This document shows positions 1-7,439 of a DNA stretch of 20,794 nucleotides, piece by piece. The notes below the pieces were generated by a model that saw only the letters and a list, made by a program, of their open reading frames with translations, was not told the origin of the DNA and searched no databases. How positions within the stretch are numbered: position 1 is the stretch's first letter; each line of letters opens with the position of its first letter. The stretch spans positions 1-20,794 of the forward strand of contig JBEKVV010000009.1 in NCBI GenBank assembly GCA_049513715.1, given 5' to 3'. The position numbers were made by a program, and so were the translations under genes. Source of the stretch: Candidatus Bathyarchaeia archaeon (GTDB taxonomy: Archaea > Thermoproteota > Bathyarchaeia > 40CM-2-53-6).

Positions 1-845
1 TTCTGTGTCTTCTTCTCTCCTTCCAAGACGCATGCAACGTAGAGCGATGCAGCCGCAAGCCCCATCGGATCTTTGCCCGTGACTATTCCTTTCTTCTTCG
101 CTTCATTTATGATTCGTATTGCTCTCTGTTGAGTTAGCATAGAGATTTCCACTTTCGTAGCGATCTTCGAGATGCACGTCACCGGATCCACAACAGGCAT
201 GCGCAAGTCGAGCTCTCTTACAAGCAATCTGTAGCATCTTGCGACATCCTTCTTACGAATCCTGCTTGCAGCCGAGACATCTTTCAGAGTCCTTGGAGTT
301 TCAGACATCCTGCAAGCGGCATATAACGAGGCTGCGGTTATTGCGGCTATAGCTCGTCCTCGCACGAGCGCTTTGTCCAGAGCCTTACGATAAACTATTG
401 CGGCACGTTCTTTGATCGAGGCTGGAATGTGAAGCACATCTGTCAAGCGGTCAAGTTCAGCCATAGCTTGAGCCAAATTCCGATCATCTGACGAATGGAC
501 CCTGGTCCTGATCTGCCATTTCCTTAAGCGGAGCATCTCTAACCTTGTGGCAAGTGGAAGTTGACGACCGGAAGCATCTCGATTCACATGATCAATAACA
601 GTGGAGAGGCCTTTGTCGTGAATGGAGAAGGACGTCGGGAGGCCAACTCGACCACGTTCATCTTTTTCCTCCTTGGTGAAGGCGCGCCACTCAGGTCCTT
701 GGTTCAACGCGTGCTCGCTCAGAACAAGGCCACAATCATGGCAAATCATCTCCCCTAGATCATAATCTTCAACGAGGTTTGCGCTACCGCACTCTGGACA
801 GTTCGTGACTTTCCCTATCTTTCTGGTTGTCGTACTCGCACTCAT
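1..845 (-). CDS. tfb: Transcription initiation factor IIB (TFB), 3' end outside window
   Basis: Manual translation from ATG at 845: MSASTTTRKIGKVTNCPECGSANLVEDYDLGEMICHDCGLVL..GPEWRAF..RLRKWQ..RNLAQAMAELDRL..LVRGR..AASLYAACR..GKDPMGLAAASLYVAC. Shows the Zn ribbon, B-reader and cyclin repeats. Absent from the ORF track because it has no stop in the window. Confidence 0.98.
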   Translation of the reverse strand, partial: MSASTTTRKIGKVTNCPECGSANLVEDYDLGEMICHDCGLVLSEHALNQGPEWRAFTKEEKDERGRVGLPTSFSIHDKGLSTVIDHVNRDASGRQLPLATRLEMLRLRKWQIRTRVHSSDDRNLAQAMAELDRLTDVLHIPASIKERAAIVYRKALDKALVRGRAIAAITAASLYAACRMSETPRTLKDVSAASRIRKKDVARCYRLLVRELDLRMPVVDPVTCISKIATKVEISMLTQQRAIRIINEAKKKGIVTGKDPMGLAAASLYVACVLEGEKKTQ

Positions 846-916
846 TTTTTCATCAACCCACACTATGCTTTACGCTCGAGCCATCTCTTCAGTAGAACGC
901 GCACCGTTCTGCCTCA

Positions 917-943
917 AAACCCGTCCGGGCCGACCTGAGCTAT
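917..943 (+). repeat. Partial copy of repeat family C (tRNA 3'-end-like)
   Basis: CCGTCCGGGCCGACCTGAGCTAT (921-943) matches 10259-10281 CCGACCGGGCCCACCGGAGCTAT at 20/23. Confidence 0.6.
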
Positions 944-1078
944 CCACTCTGATGTGTCAGTGATAAGAGTGTTTAGAGTGTCGAGGCGAAGAAAAAGCAG
1001 GATCAAAGTCGAGGGAGAGAACAGATGGATAACTCTCATACAGAACGCGAGTAAACGAACAGCATTAAGGCGCTAACC

Positions 1079-1669
1079 CTAGTGTGGAAGAATTTTGTCC
1101 CAGTTTTCGAGCAATTTCAGCATCAACGGCACTACAAACTCCTTTCCTATTCTAGCCACGGTGTCCAGTCTCTGCTTTAGCCTTGATGTATCAGGATTAG
1201 GTTTTGCAATCTCGTCCGCAAACTCCTTTACAGCAATCTCGGCGGCCTCCTTAGTACTCGCGTCCACATTTTGCTGCTGAATAGCTTGAACAAGTTGGTC
1301 TAGATTGATGCTAACCAACTGATTGCTATATTGCATCTGGCTCACTTGAATGACTTGGTGAGGTGTAGCTGTTCTCTCTTTGACCTCGATGTCGAGGAGG
1401 TCCATCAACTGTAGTGTTCGCAGCTTTGCTTCCTCCAATGGAAGCTGCATTCGCGCTGGGGCGTCAATTGATATGATGGTTACGCCTGAAGGCGCAACTT
1501 CTTGGATTTCTGCTATTTGAGTTTCGTTTGGGAAAAGCGATTTAGCTTGCTTCAACAGCGTATTGAACTTAATGACTAATGCATCTGATGCACCAAACAA
1601 TTTTTGTGTTGACCGACTCATCAGAAGGTCGATTTCATTGTAAAGCCTAGGTAGGGAACGTCTTAGCAC
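1079..1669 (-). CDS. Hypothetical helical protein (possible ATT start at 1699)
   Basis: 196-aa ORF with natural composition, a Q-rich linker and a C-terminal helical bundle. The frame stays open upstream; an in-frame ATT at 1699 follows a GGAGAGG SD-like motif and a TATA-like CTATAAG near 1740. Confidence 0.7.
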   Translation of the reverse strand: MLRRSLPRLYNEIDLLMSRSTQKLFGASDALVIKFNTLLKQAKSLFPNETQIAEIQEVAPSGVTIISIDAPARMQLPLEEAKLRTLQLMDLLDIEVKERTATPHQVIQVSQMQYSNQLVSINLDQLVQAIQQQNVDASTKEAAEIAVKEFADEIAKPNPDTSRLKQRLDTVARIGKEFVVPLMLKLLENWDKILPH

Positions 1670-1784
1670 CAGAACGTCTGTTGGGGTTTCTGATGAAATT
1701 CTAGTTCCTCTCCGAAGCCGTTCCTTGCCTGTCTGTTCTTATAGCTTAGCTTCGTGCTGTGGTTTCGGTCAACACAATCCGTGT

Positions 1785-1937
1785 CTAGCCCCTCAACCGA
1801 CTTTTACAGTCCTAGCCATCAACCGACATCATCAAGTGCCTGCCATCAACCGTTACTGTTACCCTCGGTTGGGTAACGTTACCTTAACGGTTGTCAAACC
1901 GATTCCTGTGAGTGTTACCTTTCGGTTGATTCCTAGG
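1785..1937. repeat. Symmetric short-repeat array (3x CAACCG facing 3x GTTACC..CGGTTG) with 14/16 inverted ends
   Basis: CTAGCCCCTCAACCGAC 1785, CTAGCCATCAACCGAC 1812, CTGCCATCAACCG 1840; GTTACCCTCGGTTG 1858, GTTACCTTAACGGTTG 1878, GTTACCTTTCGGTTG 1914; inverted repeat 1811-1826 / 1922-1937. Confidence 0.75.
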
Positions 1938-2201
1938 ATGTTTCCAGATGAAAAGGCAATTAGAAAGTTGTTCTATGGAACCACGGTGATGGTTTCTTTA
2001 GAGCTAGTATGGCATGTTTTGCATTTGCACTTGGGAGAGGTGCAACGCATTTCGTCTTTGTCTGTTGGTTTCCCACATTCCAATCACTCTGTGACCACAT
2101 CTTCGACATAAGAGGCATTGCTTGAACTGTTCGCATGCCTGTTCTCTCATCACGAGCTAGCAGAAAGGAGAAAATCATAGTGAGGGGGAAGGTTCACTGA
2201 A

Positions 2202-2300
2202 TGGTGGGGGGAGTTAGCTTTACACCCACGTTTGAACCCTCGTCGTTTGTATCCAGAGATGGGGCAGGGGATTCGAACCCCAATTTACCGGTACATATAA
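2202..2300 (-). repeat. Stacked tRNA 3'-half fragments / att-like site (family A copy 1)
   Basis: TGGTGGGGGGAGTTAGCTTTACACCCACG (degenerate reverse complement of T-arm, acceptor and CCA), TTTGAACCCTC, and GGGGATTCGAACCCC (2267-2281), which is identical to tRNA-Leu 7139-7153. Confidence 0.8.
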
Positions 2301-2325
2301 GCTCCGAAGTCCTCACAAGAAGCTA

Positions 2326-2904
2326 GTGGGTGAGGTGCTGACTGTGACTTTCGTTCCTCCGAAGAACAAGAAAAAAGACTACCAAGACAATCACGTGACA
2401 ATCAAATATCCTTTAGTCCAAGACTTAGAAATTGCTACCGAGATTTATCCTACGGAACCTATGCAGCTCACTTTTCCTGGAGAACGACTAACATGGGTTA
2501 ATCCCCGTTGGTGGAATGCACCTCAGAGGAGCAATTTGAACAACGAAGATATTTTCGTTCATCCTGAGACAGACCTCGCTAATCTTCGCCGTCACTATGA
2601 ATCAGTAGGTTGGAATACGTTTGTGATTCTCCAAGACGTGACCCATGACGGTCCCACGGCGGCGCATAGAGCGGGTTTCCCTGCGTTGTATCCACAAGAC
2701 CAGATCGAACTAGCCCGATGGGGAGACGACGTTATTCTGCGATTGCATATTGATGTATACTCTTACAACGGCAGACTAGTGAGCGCACCTCACGTTGAGC
2801 CAGACCCCGTGACCAACATGGCAGAGCATCTGGCAATGTATGAGAATCACGACGAAATTCGAGGCCCATTGGCCGTGAGCATGTTCACGAATTTTTACGT
2901 GTGA
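2326..2904 (+). CDS. Hypothetical protein
   Basis: 192-aa ORF with a TATA-like ATATAAG about 30 nt upstream; no family recognised. Confidence 0.7.
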   Translation: MGEVLTVTFVPPKNKKKDYQDNHVTIKYPLVQDLEIATEIYPTEPMQLTFPGERLTWVNPRWWNAPQRSNLNNEDIFVHPETDLANLRRHYESVGWNTFVILQDVTHDGPTAAHRAGFPALYPQDQIELARWGDDVILRLHIDVYSYNGRLVSAPHVEPDPVTNMAEHLAMYENHDEIRGPLAVSMFTNFYV

Positions 2905-3117
2905 CACTAGAGGATCTAGGATCTGATGACCTCGAACGGACGATGAACTCAGGAACTTTGTGAACTTTTGTTCTCAATCACGATGTTCTCGACTAAAAGC
3001 GCAGCAACAAGAACAATCGTCATTCCCCAGTCTATGAACCTGAAGTGCGTCCAAGATTCCAACATGCCTTGAATTGCGGTGATAAAGAGCGCTTGAATCT
3101 GTCGCGCACTCTTTAGA

Positions 3118-3396
3118 TCAACTTGAGAAGGGCCCTTTGTCATAGTCATGTGAGTCTTGGTTGGCTACGACTTCTATGAGAGTCTCTGAATTCATGATTC
3201 CTTCGAGCTTGGTGGCCTGGGAAACTGAACTGAACAGCTCCTTCACGTCCTTGCCTTCCAAGTAGGCAACGATATCGAATCTTCCGAAGACAGCGTAGGC
3301 ATCGGTGACGAATTCTAGAGCTTTGAGTTGCTCTGCTAGGCCCACGGCCTTCGGCACTCTGCCTCCACTTCTAAACAGCATTACTGCTCTCATCAT
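3118..3396 (-). CDS. Stand-alone Lrp/AsnC ligand-binding (RAM) domain protein
   Basis: VTDAYAVFGRFDIVAYLEGKD..GIMNSETLI matches the AsnC C-terminal pattern; no HTH. Confidence 0.88.
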   Translation of the reverse strand: MMRAVMLFRSGGRVPKAVGLAEQLKALEFVTDAYAVFGRFDIVAYLEGKDVKELFSSVSQATKLEGIMNSETLIEVVANQDSHDYDKGPFSS

Positions 3397-3402
3397 TCCT
3401 GA

Positions 3403-3651
3403 TCATTCCTCCGCGGCAACCAATGTCTCAGTAGTTACAACGTCGGGAAGGTCCCCTATCTCGATCCCGAGAGCGGTGAGTGCTTTCATGTCCTTCACTT
3501 CAATCCTTGCCACAACATCAGCACCGCCCATGGCCGCAAACGCAGACTTGATGCCTTCGAAGGAAGCTATTCTCTTGGCCACTTGGTAGTGTTCTCCGGG
3601 TCGAACTCTAATCAAAACACAGGCCTTCACAGTCCTCTCCCTACTGGTCAT
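3403..3651 (-). CDS. Stand-alone Lrp/AsnC ligand-binding (RAM) domain protein
   Basis: VKACVLIRVRPG..SAFAAMGGADVVARIEVKDMKAL..IGDLPDVVTTETLV; tandem with the previous gene (6-nt gap). Confidence 0.9.
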   Translation of the reverse strand: MTSRERTVKACVLIRVRPGEHYQVAKRIASFEGIKSAFAAMGGADVVARIEVKDMKALTALGIEIGDLPDVVTTETLVAAEE

Positions 3652-3867
3652 CGTTTACACCATTCCAATTCCTTTTTCCTTTATGACTTGTAAGGATTCT
3701 GTTCCCTCACGAATAGGTCTAATTTGTCTTCCTAAAATCAGAAGATGGAATCCACAATATGAATTGAATTGTGTGGGTGGTCAGGCGCCGATATTCCTAT
3801 CAGAATATTGAGGGTTCGAAAGCCACTCCACAGATGCCTACGAAGCGAAACGTGTGTATGAAATTTC

Positions 3868-3899
3868 GTGGGGCCAATGGGATTTGCACCCACGACCTC
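3868..3899 (-). repeat. Degenerate tRNA 3'-half fragment
   Basis: Reverse complement reads GAGGTC GTGGG TGCAAAT CCCAT TGGCCCC ACG = variable loop, T-arm and acceptor 3' strand; no 5' half. Confidence 0.75.
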
Positions 3900-4083
3900 T
3901 GGCCCTCAGGATCTGCCAGATCCTATTCTTCTTAGAGGCGGTTCTAGCGATTTCTTTCATACCCGCACTTAGGGCATAACCAGAAGTAATCATATTTCCT
4001 CATCGGAGTCTTGCAGGCAGGACATCTTTCCATTTGCAAATTCCGCGTAAGCTGCCAACTGCTAGCGTTTCTTTCAGATTGAT

Positions 4084-4461
4084 TTAGAGATGCTTTCTGA
4101 CCTGAGATTCAAGGTCGTCAGGGGTTACGATGTGTATGTTTGCGCGGTCACCGAGAATTTTCTTTGCTTTCTCGACGTGGGTAGGTGGTACGATGAGGAG
4201 GAAAGGGATGCCGTTGACCTTGGCGGCGGAGAGCAAATTGTCCAGCATGAGCGAGAACATTGCCGTGCGTTCCTGTTCGGCAGGTATGACCTTGTGCAGA
4301 TGTCCGACCACTACGTTCACTTCGCCTTTGTTGAGATAGCTGACGTATTTTCCGTGGCCATCCGACAGGTTCGCAACTGGAATTGTCTCAATGCCTTCGG
4401 CTGCAAGCTTCGCCAAGAGGAGCGAATCAGTTCCTTCGAAATATCCAACTACTGCCGTCAG
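4084..4461 (-). CDS. Conserved-looking hypothetical alpha/beta protein, probable CTG start
   Basis: The ORF-track frame extends 15 codons to CTG 4461 behind a GGTGA SD: (M)TAVVGYFEGTDSLLLAKLAAEGIETIPVANLSDGHGKY..VVVGHLHKVIP. Confidence 0.8.
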   Translation of the reverse strand: MTAVVGYFEGTDSLLLAKLAAEGIETIPVANLSDGHGKYVSYLNKGEVNVVVGHLHKVIPAEQERTAMFSLMLDNLLSAAKVNGIPFLLIVPPTHVEKAKKILGDRANIHIVTPDDLESQVRKHL

Positions 4462-4600
4462 TCTTCACCAAAGACTAGAAATCCTTCGGACCTCGCTAAA
4501 GGATTATCGTTCTCCGCTAGGAAAGAGAAGAAAGACCAGCCGATTCCCTGCATCTGGTCGCGGAACCTATTCGATGTGCAACGTTACGATTCAGAAGGCT

Positions 4601-4646
4601 CAGAGATGGGGCAGGGGATTTTGACCCAACTTACCGGTACCTATAA
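4601..4646 (-). repeat. Family A copy 2 (tRNA T-arm-derived repeat plus TATA)
   Basis: CAGAGATGGGGCAGGGGATT is identical to 2254-2273; both copies continue with TTACCGGTAC.TATAA. Confidence 0.9.
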
Positions 4647-4665
4647 ACTTCCTGAGTTCGGTTAC

Positions 4666-4709
4666 GACGGTTCAAATTGCGATGCTCGCACCATTAGTAC
4701 CACACACAC
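4666..4709 (+). repeat. Family B copy (tRNA 3' end plus ACAC tail), inverted relative to the other copies
   Basis: GACGGTTCAAATTGCGATGCTCGCACCATTAGTACCACACACA versus the reverse complement of 6884-6926, GACGGTTCAAATTCTGTCGCCCGCACCACTAGACCCACACACA. Confidence 0.85.
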
Positions 4710-4782
4710 TTACGGCCTATGCGACGAGGGAACGTGTTAGGGGAGGAATCTCGTTAGCAACCTCTGCTCCGGAACTAAGCAA

Positions 4783-4992
4783 CTATGCAACTAGGGGCTC
4801 AGCGATCTGCTTTCTACGTCTACGTCTCACCGAATCCACAATCGTCAAGAACTCAGCCTCGCTGAGCAGTTCAACGCCTTTGTCGCAGTATTGCCCTGTC
4901 CTTCGCTCGATCTCACGATCTATCTCCTCGCGTTCTTCGTGGGTCGTATCGATCCCCAGCTTTCGCAGCCACTCTCTGACCTTAATGCTCAT
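4783..4992 (-). CDS. Small charged hypothetical protein
   Basis: 69 aa, ATG start, helical and charged, co-oriented with its neighbours. Confidence 0.75.
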   Translation of the reverse strand: MSIKVREWLRKLGIDTTHEEREEIDREIERRTGQYCDKGVELLSEAEFLTIVDSVRRRRRKQIAEPLVA

Positions 4993-5034
4993 TTTGTTGC
5001 AGACCCCTGTAGTTTTTCTTCGAGAGATAATCGC

Positions 5035-5139
5035 CTAGTCATTTTTACAATAACCCCCGCTTGCCTTACAATACTCTTTTCCATTCAGCATGCAATGCTG
5101 ATGCTCTGAAGGATAATACGGACAACTAGGAACAGTCAT
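5035..5139 (-). CDS. Cys-rich microprotein (34 aa)
   Basis: MTVPSCPYYPSEHQHCMLNGKEYCKASGGYCKND; GGAGA SD upstream; 4 Cys and 2 His. Confidence 0.55.
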   Translation of the reverse strand: MTVPSCPYYPSEHQHCMLNGKEYCKASGGYCKND

Positions 5140-5156
5140 GTTCTCCGGAGGAGACT

Positions 5157-5378
5157 TCATGTTTTTACCACTTCGTTTTTCGACCCGCAGTAAGGGCAGA
5201 AATCTAAGTCCTTGTAGATTGTTTCGTAGGGTCCGGTGTCGGTTCTGAAAGCTATTTTCTGTGTTTTGTAGTGGATGGTTACGTTTTGTGCTCCCCACTG
5301 TTCAGCTATGCCAGTACGGCAGAAGGCTACATTTTCTATCTTCGGTCCCAACGCATACTCTTTGAATGTTGCTTTCAT
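5157..5378 (-). CDS. Small zinc-ribbon-like protein
   Basis: 73 aa with FC..FCPYCG; AAGGA upstream of the ATG. Confidence 0.7.
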   Translation of the reverse strand: MKATFKEYALGPKIENVAFCRTGIAEQWGAQNVTIHYKTQKIAFRTDTGPYETIYKDLDFCPYCGSKNEVVKT

Positions 5379-5400
5379 TTCATGGGTTCCTTCTTAGAGA

Positions 5401-5565
5401 TTAGCGTAAGGGAGAGATGGACGAGCGTTGCTCTTGCAAGTGTTCTTCTAGTTGCTTAACATACCCATCAGCCCACTTCTGGCATTGCTCTTCAATATTG
5501 TACCGGCAATGCACATCGAATACATCCAGCAGCCCTTCCACTACGGATTCTTTGAGGCTACTCAT
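5401..5565 (-). CDS. Small hypothetical protein (54 aa, below ORF-track cutoff)
   Basis: MSSLKESVVEGLLDVFDVHCRYNIEEQCQKWADGYVKQLEEHLQEQRSSISPLR; AGGTGA SD upstream. Confidence 0.6.
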   Translation of the reverse strand: MSSLKESVVEGLLDVFDVHCRYNIEEQCQKWADGYVKQLEEHLQEQRSSISPLR

Positions 5566-5621
5566 TTCGCTTTCACCTTGTAGGTTTCTCTAAGGAGATC
5601 TCAGCAGCGATTTCTAAGGAC

Positions 5622-5903
5622 TTAGTTATGTTCGATTTCCTGTAAGCGTTTTTTCCACCCTTTACTGTCAAAGAAGGTTGTACCTTGGTCGAAGTCTGAC
5701 ATTCGAAGGAAATTGCTTTCGGCTTGACGGGGAGTGCTCAGTGAAATCTTACAACCAAAAGACTGTTCGGGCGGATTGGGAGGGAGATCTGGTAAATCCA
5801 CGATTGCAAATGCGTGGTCTGTCCTCTCGTTGATTCTCAGATAAAGAAGCACATACCGGTTCTTGAGCCATCCCTGCACGGCGGTAGGATCACATTTCCC
5901 CAT
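5622..5903 (-). CDS. Hypothetical protein
   Basis: 93-aa ATG ORF in the same minus-strand string. Confidence 0.55.
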   Translation of the reverse strand: MGKCDPTAVQGWLKNRYVLLYLRINERTDHAFAIVDLPDLPPNPPEQSFGCKISLSTPRQAESNFLRMSDFDQGTTFFDSKGWKKRLQEIEHN

Positions 5904-6117
5904 CGGGCATCGTTTGAACGTCTCTTCAACTGATGGTAATAAGGGAGTTAGCGTGTAAGAAATCGCTACTGCGTCACACTCTAATGTCTACTATCGAAAC
6001 TGCTTTGGTTTCACATTTCGCTTACCCCCTGTAAGTCTGAGCAGACTACATAGTGATTGTCAAGAAAGCTTTCAAAAAACAGAGCTTAGCTCACCGTAAG
6101 GATCCATAGTTTTTTCT

Positions 6118-6140
6118 TGTGTGGTTCTAGTAGTGCGGGC
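6118..6140 (-). repeat. Family B partial copy
   Basis: TGTGTGGTTCTAGTAGTGCGGGC matches 6886-6908 at 21/23. Confidence 0.85.
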
Positions 6141-6193
6141 CAAGCATCTTAATTACATCATATGCCTCGACCAAGTATATTGGGGAAGGAAAG

Positions 6194-6556
6194 ATGTCAA
6201 TATATTGGGTAAGGAGCTATTATGGAAAACCAGGGAAAGTTACAGAGTACCTAAAATGGTTGAACTCAGACCGGGCAAAGCTATTGGCTTCTAAAATAGA
6301 GAAGGAAACTGGCATCAAGTACGTTAACACTTACACCACGATTCAAAGCTTTGGCGACTATGATGCCGAGGATTGGTGGGTGGTGCCCGACTGGGCCTCC
6401 TTAGACAAGATGCGTGACTGCAACGCTTTAGCGGAATGGACCCTCAACACTTGGGACATGATCGACCAGACAAGGCCTCAAAGGTCAAGGATGATGCGAA
6501 CGGTCAGCGAAGTCAAGGTCATAGAGAAACCAGAGAAGTGGACTGAACTACTGTAG
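6194..6556 (+). CDS. Dimeric alpha+beta barrel (NIPSNAP-like) protein
   Basis: YWVRSYYGKPGKVTEYLKW..YVNTY..EDWWVVPDWASLDK pattern; GGGGAAGG SD-like motif. Confidence 0.7.
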   Translation: MSIYWVRSYYGKPGKVTEYLKWLNSDRAKLLASKIEKETGIKYVNTYTTIQSFGDYDAEDWWVVPDWASLDKMRDCNALAEWTLNTWDMIDQTRPQRSRMMRTVSEVKVIEKPEKWTELL

Positions 6557-6851
6557 GACAGAACTAGTGCCCAATCGTCGGATCAATGAAAATGACGTTG
6601 GCCGGAGGCAAATGCACTCTTTCCACAAGGCACTCCCGAGAAGCCGACATTACCAAATGGGTGCGCAGCCAGCTACATGAAAGATGACCAGTGAGACGTA
6701 GTGCTTCTAGGTGAATGTTCTGAGCAGCCCTAGCGTGGGAACCTTACCACTAGAGTGCGTAAGCTAGCACCACCAAAACGCAGTTGCAACGATCTCGTTT
6801 CCCGAAATCCATTTCGTAGGTTATTCCGCGAGTAACATACCAGTTCCACTG

Positions 6852-6927
6852 GAATTTGAACCGTCAGTTCAGGCGTTATTTTGTGTGTGTGGGTCTAGTG
6901 GTGCGGGCGACAGAATTTGAACCGTCA
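6852..6927 (-). repeat. Family B copy with internal 15-bp duplication
   Basis: GAATTTGAACCGTCA at 6852-6866 and 6913-6927; the reverse complement includes the T-loop TTCAAAT and CGCCCGC-ACCA. Confidence 0.85.
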
Positions 6928-7126
6928 TGTTCGTTTGTGTAAGTACCTGCAAGACGTAGGATGTTTTCTGTGAACTCAGAGTCACTGAGCAATCATGATC
7001 TAGGGACGGACGAACGTGGGTCTAAACGCTCACAGGAAACGAAAACCCACGCAGAAAACTTGCTCCCAGAACTCAGCTTCATTGCGCAGAATCAGCGTGA
7101 ACTCTGCTTACTTAGGCATGTTTTGT

Positions 7127-7260
7127 TGGTGCGGGGGCGGGGATTCGAACCCCGGAACCCCTTCGGGACAGGAGCCTTTGGACGAAGCTTATCACTTCTC
7201 AGTCCTGCGCTTTCAAGGGCGCTTTCGAAGCCCACTTTGACCTGGCTGGGCGACCCCCGC
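7127..7260 (-). tRNA. trnL: tRNA-Leu(GAG) with two non-canonical introns (23/24: 7211-7234; 34/35: 7178-7199), CCA encoded
   Basis: Spliced: GCGGGGG TC GCCC AGCCAGGTCAA AGGC G CAGGA CTGAGGC TCCTG, long variable arm, CGGGG TTCGAAT CCCCG CCCCCGC ACCA. Both introns fit BHB geometry (central helices TCAA/TTGA and GGAC/GTCC). Confidence 0.95.
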
Positions 7261-7439
7261 ACAACGGGAATAAACAGATTCGTGAACGCTATTAAGGTCA
7301 ACTGCGGGGCAAGTAGGTTCGAGGTGCCAGGCCTCGGATAGTTTCACCCGTCAGAGGCTGCGGTGCGCGAGTCGCAATCGGCAACCTGATAAAGATTAGC
7401 GAACCAAGCTTCAAAAAGCCAAACATACGTTACACGGAA

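Larger units (their letters stand above)
2261..7153. mobile_element. Decayed tRNA-Leu-anchored integrative island (no integrase seen)
   Basis: Bounded by GGGGC(A)GGGGATTCGAACCCC direct repeats at 2261-2281 and at the tRNA 3' end 7134-7153. Contains small accessory genes and further att-like fragments. Confidence 0.6.

Noticed and set aside
1725..2111. 128-aa plus-strand ORF (and 10391-10660)
   Set aside because: They translate DNA repeat arrays, with weak starts and no recognisable domain.
4090..5038. Plus-strand ORFs 4090-4740 and 4682-5038
   Set aside because: Antisense shadows of better minus-strand genes, and they run across repeats.
2202..6927. Functional split or permuted tRNA halves
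   Set aside because: The fragments are mutated in T-loop and stem and lack complementary leader or BHB sequences; att relics fit better.
6961..7341. ORFs 6961-7341, 7016-7240 and 7092-7301
   Set aside because: They overlap the GC-rich tRNA-Leu gene and are spurious.
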